A stretch of 20,000 nucleotides of DNA from an uncultured virus (IMG/VR IMGVR_UViG_3300028569_000032) (Duplodnaviria; Heunggongvirae; Uroviricota; Caudoviricetes). Numbering within the stretch: the stretch's first letter is position 1; each line of letters starts with the position of its first letter. This document shows, one piece after another, positions 1 through 6,950 of the stretch. A model generated the notes under the pieces. It was given only the letters and a program-made list of their open reading frames with translations. It ran no database searches and had not been told where the DNA came from. Position numbers and translations under genes: made by a program. The stretch lies in IMG/VR virus record IMGVR_UViG_3300028569_000032. One strand, given 5' to 3'.

Positions 1-320
1 AATGTGTATGTGATTGTTTCGTCTTTTTCTTGGTAGACTGGAGTGTCATAGATTTTTTTCAATTTTTTCATGCAATCAATGTGCATTCTTGCTTTTATAT
101 TATTTGTCATTTGAGAGAACATAAAAGCAATAATGGCGATGCATACCAATGAAACGCAAGATGCCATAAAATACATGGAATACAAGAAGAGAGTTATTGC
201 ACAGCCAGTGCAGACTGATAGTCTAAAAATATCGAATTTATCAAAAATCTTTGGTGATTTTGAGATAACGAGAAAATAATTTTTCTTTTTATCTTCTGGG
301 TACATGAAATTTGTGATCAT
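1..320 (-). CDS. hypothetical membrane protein, truncated at window edge
   Basis: Not in ORF track. Open frame from ATG 320 (MITNFMYPEDKRKNYF...) to base 1, with hydrophobic stretch LSVCTGCAITLFLYSMYFMASCVSLVCIAIIAFMF; TATATA at 340-345 upstream. Confidence 0.65.
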   Translation of the reverse strand, partial: MITNFMYPEDKKKNYFLVISKSPKIFDKFDIFRLSVCTGCAITLFLYSMYFMASCVSLVCIAIIAFMFSQMTNNIKARMHIDCMKKLKKIYDTPVYQEKDETITYT

Positions 321-378
321 AAATTCATCTTTCTTTACTTATATATTTCTCTATCAAAAACAAAAACTGATAAGAACA

Positions 379-410
379 AGGAGGGGATAAGCATAAGTTT
401 ATCCCCTCCT
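379..410 (-). terminator. rho-independent terminator
   Basis: Perfect 12-bp inverted repeat AGGAGGGGATAA/TTATCCCCTCCT with an 8-nt loop, just downstream of the stop at 419. Confidence 0.75.
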
Positions 411-418
411 ATTTTAAT

Positions 419-724
419 TTAGTATTGGCAACATTCTTCTGGAGGGGTGTCTTTATGTCTTGGACATTCTCCTTGTTTTTTATGTTGTTCACCGCAACCT
501 GTTTCTTTGGCGCAGCATCCTTTAGATTGTTTTTCTTCTGAGATTTCGTCCTCAAAAGATTTCATTTGTTGATCGAACATCATAGCCATTGACAGTGCCA
601 TTTGTTGAGCATCTGTAAGGTTTGATGTATCTTCATCGATTTCTTCTGGAAGTGGTGGATCAGACTCGACTAAGAGGCTGACACCTTCTTCCATGTCTTC
701 AAAAGTGATCGTTACTTTGGCCAT
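419..724 (-). CDS. hypothetical acidic protein with Cys-rich C-terminal tail (101 aa)
   Basis: Start moved to ATG 724 (MAKVTITFED...), 7 nt after the stop of the upstream gene; the track's longer start overlaps that gene. Confidence 0.7.
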   Translation of the reverse strand: MAKVTITFEDMEEGVSLLVESDPPLPEEIDEDTSNLTDAQQMALSMAMMFDQQMKSFEDEISEEKQSKGCCAKETGCGEQHKKQGECPRHKDTPPEECCQY

Positions 725-731
725 TGGAAAC

Positions 732-1334
732 TCATTTCTTTTCAGGGGTTTTAGGTTCTTCCTTAGGTGCTTCTGGGGCTTTTGGTTCTGGGTTCTTGAT
801 TGACTCAATATTCTTACGGCGCTTTTCGGCTTCATCGAGAGCCTTATTGAATTGTTGAGATTCAACATCGATCTGCTTATCTTGTTGGTATTTGAAAGCA
901 GCGTCATTGTTCATTTTTTCACGAGTGCTAGCTGGGCATCCCATGTCTTCTGTTGCTCTGTGGTATCCGCTGATGTAAGCGGATTCTTCAACAATTGCGA
1001 GTTGTCCCATTCCACGATAATAGCCTTCGTGCCAGATTGCGCTTGTTTGGTTTTGTTCTGGAGGAATGTTCACACTGGCTGCGACCATTCCTTCAACACG
1101 TCCAGAGTTGCGAGAAATTTCTGACATGTTGTCTCTGAGTTCAGAGATACGAGCCATAAGAACTTCATTGAGACTATCGCTCATGAGCGATTCTTTTTGC
1201 TTAACGATCTCATTGACCGTTTTGAGTCTATTGATCTGTTCTTGTTGGATTATGTTGTATCCAATGCTACCCATTGTAGCGATGGCGGTAAAAACACCGA
1301 TCCAATTGCCTGTCCTAGCGAAGAAGCGGTTCAT
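732..1334 (-). CDS. hypothetical membrane-anchored coiled-coil protein (200 aa)
   Basis: N-terminal hydrophobic helix WIGVFTAIATMGSIGY, helical body with two GY motifs (EGYYRG, SGYHRA), Pro/Glu/Lys tail; GAGG RBS upstream. Confidence 0.75.
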   Translation of the reverse strand: MNRFFARTGNWIGVFTAIATMGSIGYNIIQQEQINRLKTVNEIVKQKESLMSDSLNEVLMARISELRDNMSEISRNSGRVEGMVAASVNIPPEQNQTSAIWHEGYYRGMGQLAIVEESAYISGYHRATEDMGCPASTREKMNNDAAFKYQQDKQIDVESQQFNKALDEAEKRRKNIESIKNPEPKAPEAPKEEPKTPEKK

Positions 1335-1396
1335 AGCGCCCTCTTTTGGGATGTGGGAGAAACCTGAGTGACGACTGAACTGCCGTCTGATTTATG

Positions 1397-1424
1397 ACAA
1401 TACAATTTTTTTTTAAGATTGCAA
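1397..1424 (-). promoter_or_regulatory. sigma70-like promoter
   Basis: TTGCAA-16nt-TATTGT on the minus strand in the intergenic gap upstream of 732..1334. Confidence 0.4.
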
Positions 1425-1432
1425 GTAAAATT

Positions 1433-1855
1433 TTATTTCTTCTTGATTTTAATTCTTCTTTTCAATTGTGATTCTCCATGAAGATCAATTTGTCTTTGTT
1501 CCATTTCTTCATCGGCAATTTCCAAAGCTGTTTCTGCTTCTGTTGCATATTTCTTTTCTAGTTCTGCTGTGAATATTGTGACTGATTCGCCAAGAATTGG
1601 AAGTTCTCCATTTGTATTAACCAATTGAAGTACGATTGTGCCTTTGGTTATAATTTCTTCTTCTAGTTGTTTAACTGTGTAATTGTGAAAATTATCGGGA
1701 TAAAATTCATCCCTACGCCATTGGACTTTGGGTCTGCTTTCAGATTTTTGTTTTCTTTCAGCTTTTAGGACAGCTTCAGCTAGGGCTATCGCACTGGCTG
1801 GGCTTTTGACCTCTCGTGGAACGGGGTTGAATCCCAGATGAACGAAGCAATTCAT
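1433..1855 (-). CDS. hypothetical protein (140 aa)
   Basis: ORF with strong GGAGG RBS before ATG 1855. Confidence 0.75.
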   Translation of the reverse strand: MNCFVHLGFNPVPREVKSPASAIALAEAVLKAERKQKSESRPKVQWRRDEFYPDNFHNYTVKQLEEEIITKGTIVLQLVNTNGELPILGESVTIFTAELEKKYATEAETALEIADEEMEQRQIDLHGESQLKRRIKIKKK

Positions 1856-1884
1856 TTTTCCTCCGTGTCATGTAGACACATTGT

Positions 1885-2118
1885 TTATGCGCTCTCGCCT
1901 ATGTATTCCTTCATGTATTGTCGAACTTCGGCTTCCATATCCTTATTCCGACAATCAGGGCATACAGCAGACTTATAGGTATATAGTGTCCTGAATGCAG
2001 GAGGCAAATGAGTATTTTCAATCAATTTGAACAACTCACAAGATTCTCTCCATTTTACGCAAAATATACATTGCGTAAATTTTGGGTTTTCATCAAATTG
2101 GAATTCTAAGTCACTCAC
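1885..2118 (-). CDS. small putative zinc-binding protein (77 aa)
   Basis: CIFC...CPDC motifs; GTG start with GGAG RBS, coupled to the upstream stop. Confidence 0.65.
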   Translation of the reverse strand: MSDLEFQFDENPKFTQCIFCVKWRESCELFKLIENTHLPPAFRTLYTYKSAVCPDCRNKDMEAEVRQYMKEYIGESA

Positions 2119-2530
2119 TGATTGACTCCATCTTGATATAAAGCTTTTGTGGTGGTTCCTTGTAATAAAGGCCCATATACGGACAAACCCAAGCTGCCTG
2201 TCCGGGCATTAGTCCTTTTAGGTTTAATTCTGCCACTTTATAAACCCAACCATCAAACTTGATTTCATCAAATTCAAAGAGAACATCTGCATTGGGAAAA
2301 TAATTTTCTGAAAATACAAGGTGAAATCCTGATTTGGGATTTCTTATATTCTTATGCTGACAACCAACATTGATAAGTCTATCTGCCCCAATAACAAGAG
2401 GTGTGAGAAGATATTCAGTTAAATTGGCTGGTGCCATGTCATAATGCTGATCCTTATGCTCAAATACCCAGCGTCCATCTCTTTGCAGGCATTTAATTAC
2501 ATTGACACCAATCTTATCGAATTCGTTCAT
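2111..2530 (-). CDS. conserved hypothetical protein, DUF6717-like
   Basis: Pattern WVF...GAD..I...GF.LVFS...FP...GW.Y...W(V)CP....YY.E.P..LYI resembles DUF6717 as I recall it; not searched. Confidence 0.6.
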   Translation of the reverse strand: MNEFDKIGVNVIKCLQRDGRWVFEHKDQHYDMAPANLTEYLLTPLVIGADRLINVGCQHKNIRNPKSGFHLVFSENYFPNADVLFEFDEIKFDGWVYKVAELNLKGLMPGQAAWVCPYMGLYYKEPPQKLYIKMESISE

Positions 2531-2532
2531 CT

Positions 2533-3000
2533 TTAAGCCTCTGGTGGAGTGTAGTGAACCTTCATGTCGCTATTGTTAACAATGAAATAAGGAATAATCT
2601 TATCCTTTTTGCCAATGGCATGAATCTCCAATGCTATGTTAATCTTTATCCTTGAGTTAATCCTCATGTAATCCTTAGCTAAGATAATTGCCTCATAGGC
2701 AGTAAGACCCTGAAACTCTTCTAAGTCATCACTTGGGAATTCAGACATCTCTGCATTAGTAGCATACCTTTTGCTGCTAGGAAAGTAGATCTTCCATTTT
2801 TGGGGCCAATTGTCAAATATTTTCTTCTTGATTTGCCTGATGATGTCACTCTGTTCCAATTTATTAAATCTTGAAAGGTCATTCTTCAATGAAGTAGGAA
2901 TGAAAATTGAGTTTGAAATAGATTTCCCTGTCCATCTCTTAGAATTAAATAGAACAATCTGATATCCATGCTTATCCAGCATTTCACCTGCAAAATCCAT
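2533..3000 (-). CDS. hypothetical protein, paralogue 3 of tandem triplet
   Basis: ORF 155 aa; motif WKIYFPSSKRYA shared with the two upstream genes. Confidence 0.7.
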   Translation of the reverse strand: MDFAGEMLDKHGYQIVLFNSKRWTGKSISNSIFIPTSLKNDLSRFNKLEQSDIIRQIKKKIFDNWPQKWKIYFPSSKRYATNAEMSEFPSDDLEEFQGLTAYEAIILAKDYMRINSRIKINIALEIHAIGKKDKIIPYFIVNNSDMKVHYTPPEA

Positions 3001-3067
3001 GATCTCTTTATCCTTAAGAATATTCTTAACTCCACAGTAGTATTGTATAGTGTTTTACAGTAATAGT

Positions 3068-3628
3068 TTAGGTGATTTTTACCTTAGCCCAAGAAACGCA
3101 TGAACCTTTAAGTGGTGGTCTTTTGTACATTGAACCTTCTATTTCCATTTGTGGGTAATCAACTGATATAGATTTATATTGTTTTTTTATTTTATTCACT
3201 ATTTTGCAAGCTTTTTCGTATTCAAAAAAGCATATGTTTCTATCTATATCGAACATTAATTTTGTTTCGTTGTCATCAATGTCTAGTTCTTGGACATATC
3301 TTTTTGCTTTTTTGAATCTAATCTTCCAAATTCTGGGTGTTTCGTTGAAGATATTTTCTTTGATTTTCGTTTCAATTTTTTTGACAAAACTTTCTGGTTC
3401 TATTGGCCAGCAGTATATTGAGTCGGTTATTTTTGGAGTTGTTTTGTGAATTTCTTTTCCTATTTCCAAAGATTCGTTGTATAGGTCATCAGGGAGAATA
3501 GAATTTTGAGTGTCGTTGTTGAGCCATAATTTGGCATTATTTTTAATGATTTGTGGTGCGTATTTTTTAAGAAGTTTTTTTGCTATCTTGTTTATAAGAA
3601 AGATATGTTCTATTGGTATTGTTCCCAT
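3068..3628 (-). CDS. hypothetical protein, paralogue 2 of tandem triplet (186 aa)
   Basis: Start moved to ATG 3628 (AAAGGA RBS); motif WKIRFKKAKRYV. Confidence 0.7.
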   Translation of the reverse strand: MGTIPIEHIFLINKIAKKLLKKYAPQIIKNNAKLWLNNDTQNSILPDDLYNESLEIGKEIHKTTPKITDSIYCWPIEPESFVKKIETKIKENIFNETPRIWKIRFKKAKRYVQELDIDDNETKLMFDIDRNICFFEYEKACKIVNKIKKQYKSISVDYPQMEIEGSMYKRPPLKGSCVSWAKVKIT

Positions 3629-3647
3629 GAAATTTCCTTTCTTTTCA

Positions 3648-4238
3648 TCACTGTTTTTTGCCAAGATATTCTGATGTCATATCTGGAGGAAGTCTGAACC
3701 AACTTACAAATTTATTATTATGATCAAATCCTCTTGTTTCAATTGAAAGTGGTTTTAATTTTATTTTTTGTCGTTGCAAATTAATTTTGTCTCTGATTAA
3801 CAATGCTTCTCCAGATGATTCAAATATAAGTACTTTGTCTTCCCAATTACAAAATAAAGGTTCATCGAAATCATCCTGAACGGCATATCTTGACGATTCT
3901 AGAAACCATAACCTCCAACTTTTAATTTTCGTTGAACTCATTTCCAGAGACATCTCTGCATAGATTTCAAACTTCATTGCTAATTCTGCTTCTTTTTTGG
4001 AAAGTGGCTTGTTCTTTTCATCAAAGAATATTTCATTTTTTCTTGCAATTATCCAGCTGGAATAAGAAATTTCTGCTAAAATCTCTTCTGCCATTTTAAT
4101 TGGAGAATTACTCAAGAATGGGTCACAATCTTCAACAGAAGACAAGAATATTTCCAAACCATATTTATCAACATATCTTTTAGATATGTTCTTAATAAAA
4201 TGATTGTATTCTTTCTTTGCTTGATCTGAAGATATCAT
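3648..4238 (-). CDS. hypothetical protein, paralogue 1 of tandem triplet
   Basis: ORF 196 aa; AGGTG RBS; motif WRLWFLESSRYA. Confidence 0.7.
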   Translation of the reverse strand: MISSDQAKKEYNHFIKNISKRYVDKYGLEIFLSSVEDCDPFLSNSPIKMAEEILAEISYSSWIIARKNEIFFDEKNKPLSKKEAELAMKFEIYAEMSLEMSSTKIKSWRLWFLESSRYAVQDDFDEPLFCNWEDKVLIFESSGEALLIRDKINLQRQKIKLKPLSIETRGFDHNNKFVSWFRLPPDMTSEYLGKKQ

Positions 4239-4259
4239 TTGATATCACCTTAAGAAGCC

Positions 4260-4294
4260 AAAAAAAATGACCAGCAGCTATGAGGCTGCTGGTC
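4260..4294 (-). terminator. terminator-like hairpin with U-tract on the minus strand
   Basis: 10-bp stem GACCAGCAGC/GCTGCTGGTC (4269-4294) with a 6-nt loop, followed by A and a run of T on the minus strand. Confidence 0.6.
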
Positions 4295-4384
4295 TAACTA
4301 TACATGAAATTTTGAAAAAATGTTGGCAAAAAATCATATATATGTTGTTGGGAAGATTCCAACGGTTGTCCATCAAGGAGGAAA

Positions 4385-4714
4385 ATGGTATGGTTCATTT
4401 TAATTTCATTTAGCGTTCTTTATTCAATTTACGCTTATGTTTCTTACAGTACTAGTCTTGATAAAAATTCACCTAGTTATTTCTTGTTTTTTATTATTTT
4501 AGGATTTTTTCATAGTGTTCTTTGGTATTTATCTGTCGTTACAAATGAGAGCAAAGAAAAGTTGTTTATATTTATTCTCATTTGGGACTTGATTTACATG
4601 GCAATATTTTATCTTGTGCCCGTATTTTTCTTTGATGTTAAATTCAACATCACCGGCATCATAGGACTTTTTGTCATGATAGTCGGGTTATTTGTCATGA
4701 AATTTGGACATTAA
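4385..4714 (+). CDS. small 4-TM membrane protein, possibly SMR/DMT-like
   Basis: AAGGAGG RBS; four hydrophobic segments; C-terminal IIGLFVMIVGLFVMK resembles the last SMR/DMT helix. Confidence 0.65.
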   Translation: MVWFILISFSVLYSIYAYVSYSTSLDKNSPSYFLFFIILGFFHSVLWYLSVVTNESKEKLFIFILIWDLIYMAIFYLVPVFFFDVKFNITGIIGLFVMIVGLFVMKFGH

Positions 4715-4719
4715 AAAAG

Positions 4720-4749
4720 GGCCAGTAATTTATATTACTGGCCTATATA
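4720..4749 (+). promoter_or_regulatory. palindromic element (GGCCAGTAAT-TTAT-ATTACTGGCC) followed by TATATA late-promoter-like motif
   Basis: 10-bp inverted repeat at 4720-4743; its core 4723-4739 is identical to 5642-5658; TATATA at 4744-4749. Confidence 0.55.
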
Positions 4750-4776
4750 TTTTACGTTTCAAAATAAGGATCAATT

Positions 4777-5637
4777 ATGATCGATTTCTTTACATGGTTG
4801 AAGTTAAAAAATTTAACTGAAGCTATAATTCCCGGCGATTCTCCTCCAGAAAAACAAGTCCATGTATTTGATTTTGATGATACTTTGGGAATTGCAACCA
4901 ATTCCAACGGTGTAATGTTATACATTGACGGGAAACCTGCTCATAAAACACCTTACGATGTCATTTCTTGGTTAACAGATATAGGAATAAAAAAAAGTGA
5001 TATTATAAGTGGACCTGATGGAGATTCTATAAAATATATTCCATCTCGCAGAGGCTATGCTGGTTATGTAACAAGTGGTGCATTGACTTTATTGCGAAAG
5101 AAATATAAAGATAAAGAATTCGTGACTGGATCTGATAATCCTAATCCAAAAGGTGATGGAGAAGAAATCGTTATAGATTACACACCATCATCAAATGTCA
5201 ATCCACAAACAACAATTCCAATAAAAAACACGATTGAAAAATTAAAATCTGTCAATGCGTCTGGTGCAAAAACTATGGTCATGACTGCTAGAAGGACACA
5301 TGGAACTGGAACTTCAATTGAGGATAAAAAAGTAATTCCATCAAACGCAGAAGATATAGATTTATTTTTACAAAAAAATAATGCCAAACCGAATAGTGGA
5401 GTTGTTGGTGTTCTTGGCCAAAACAAGGGCGACGAAATCAAGAAAAGGTTTATTGGTTCTGGAAATGAACCCGAAGAAATTCATTTTTATGATGACTTAG
5501 AAATAAACACAAATCAAGTAGCTAAATCTTTGAAGGGTGATTCAAAAAAAGTCGATAGCGAACTACACATATATGGACCCGGAGAATTTGCTCACGGTGG
5601 AGCCAATCCATTCAGACCAACAAAAAGTTTTGGATGA
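4777..5637 (+). CDS. HAD-superfamily phosphatase
   Basis: Motif I VFDFDDTL, motif II VMTAR, motif III Lys (NKGDEIK), motif IV FYDD; large insert between motifs I and II. Confidence 0.8.
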   Translation: MIDFFTWLKLKNLTEAIIPGDSPPEKQVHVFDFDDTLGIATNSNGVMLYIDGKPAHKTPYDVISWLTDIGIKKSDIISGPDGDSIKYIPSRRGYAGYVTSGALTLLRKKYKDKEFVTGSDNPNPKGDGEEIVIDYTPSSNVNPQTTIPIKNTIEKLKSVNASGAKTMVMTARRTHGTGTSIEDKKVIPSNAEDIDLFLQKNNAKPNSGVVGVLGQNKGDEIKKRFIGSGNEPEEIHFYDDLEINTNQVAKSLKGDSKKVDSELHIYGPGEFAHGGANPFRPTKSFG

Positions 5638-5641
5638 TAAA

Positions 5642-5668
5642 CAGTAATTTATATTACTAAACTAAATA
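5642..5668 (+). promoter_or_regulatory. palindromic element CAGTAATTTATATTACT followed by TAAATA late-promoter-like motif
   Basis: 17 nt identical to 4723-4739; TAAATA at 5663-5668, 4 nt before ATG 5673; no RBS. Confidence 0.55.
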
Positions 5669-5672
5669 TTTC

Positions 5673-6470
5673 ATGTTTACATTCAGAGAATTTATTGAAA
5701 AAAAATTCGGCAAAACAATTATCAAAGATAATATTGCCGAATTAAAAAAGATACTCATCAATCTTTTTACAATTCCATCAGGTATTCATGAAAGTTTAAC
5801 TGCTCACGACATTACTCTGAAATATTGGACCGATCCAGAATCACCTTTAATAGATTGGCTGAAAAGTCTTGATATTAATGTAGCAAAAGGAGTTCCTCCA
5901 TTCGTTGACGGTGGAGCAGGAAGATGTTATTTTTTAACAAAACCAAGAAAAGTAGTTAAAATGTCGGCAAATAGAGTCGAAGCCAATGTTGCTTCCATGT
6001 TGGCTGGCAATGAAGATGTTCCAGTTCCTGTTGTTGCAGTCAAATATCTCGGAGACAATATCTACGCAATTTTACAACATTTAGTTGACACCAGAGGCGT
6101 TCCACAAAAAATCAGAGAAGCCTCTGACCTAGTCACAGTCCTAATCGACGATAACCCTGAAATGGATGGATTCCCAGAATCAGAAGAAGAATGCAAAAAA
6201 CTATGTCTCAAAACATTAAGAGAAAATGATAAAAGTGAAGAATTATTACCTGAAATGCTTTTGATGGTAGACTTATTGAAAAAAATATATTCAGTCACAG
6301 GATTCAAACACGACGATGCTGGTCCTACCAATATAGGCATGCACAAAGGTAAAGTTGTGGTAACCGATCTTGGTCCGAACCAGACAGCACAATTTAATAC
6401 CTTGGCGGCATTAAGCCAAATCCAGAAAAACCGTGAGAAAATTGGATTGCCAAGATGGAAAAGCATTTAG
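5673..6470 (+). CDS. protein kinase-like fold enzyme (ePK/APH-like)
   Basis: Gly loop DGGAGRCY, beta3 Lys (VVK), helix-C Glu (RVEAN), catalytic loop HDDAGPTN (HxDxxxxN) and DLG (DFG equivalent). Confidence 0.8.
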   Translation: MFTFREFIEKKFGKTIIKDNIAELKKILINLFTIPSGIHESLTAHDITLKYWTDPESPLIDWLKSLDINVAKGVPPFVDGGAGRCYFLTKPRKVVKMSANRVEANVASMLAGNEDVPVPVVAVKYLGDNIYAILQHLVDTRGVPQKIREASDLVTVLIDDNPEMDGFPESEEECKKLCLKTLRENDKSEELLPEMLLMVDLLKKIYSVTGFKHDDAGPTNIGMHKGKVVVTDLGPNQTAQFNTLAALSQIQKNREKIGLPRWKSI

Positions 6471-6874
6471 ACTATTTTACCAGTCCTATTTGACATCATC
6501 CACTTTTTATCCTCAAAATCAAAATTACCTTCATTGCGAACAAGCATCACATTACAGTGAGGAGTGATGGTTTTAAGAACCTCAGGCTGATCGTCAAAGA
6601 AAGTCATGATCCCTTCTCTCGTGATGACAATTCCCTTTTCCTCAAAAGAATTAACCAAAATCAGTTCATCATATTTAATTTCATGCTCAGTAAGGAAGTT
6701 CTTAGTCTTCTCTCTATCGCTGCGGTATGTAATCACATACACTTTTCCGGGCCAATAATTAGATAGAAGCTGAAAGAAAATTGGAAATTCATCGATACAA
6801 CCATCAATGTCAATTCCAATAGAAGGGTAAACAGTAGTCATAAGGTTCTTAGTAGCTTCCATAACCTGATTCAT
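6467..6874 (-). CDS. small capless HAD phosphatase (5'-nucleotidase/PNK-phosphatase-like, 135 aa)
   Basis: IGIDIDGC, VITYR, EK, FFDD motifs; start moved to ATG 6874 (AAGGA RBS; the track start runs through a terminator). Confidence 0.75.
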   Translation of the reverse strand: MNQVMEATKNLMTTVYPSIGIDIDGCIDEFPIFFQLLSNYWPGKVYVITYRSDREKTKNFLTEHEIKYDELILVNSFEEKGIVITREGIMTFFDDQPEVLKTITPHCNVMLVRNEGNFDFEDKKWMMSNRTGKIV

Positions 6875-6901
6875 AATAAATCCTTGAGTAAAAATAATGA
6901 G

Positions 6902-6937
6902 AAAAGGGTGGCAGCATTTGATTAGAATGCTGCCACC
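6902..6937 (-). terminator. rho-independent terminator of helicase gene
   Basis: 12-bp stem GGTGGCAGCATT/AATGCTGCCACC with a 7-nt loop, followed by CTTTT on the minus strand. Confidence 0.8.
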
Positions 6938-6950
6938 TTGATTGTACACG

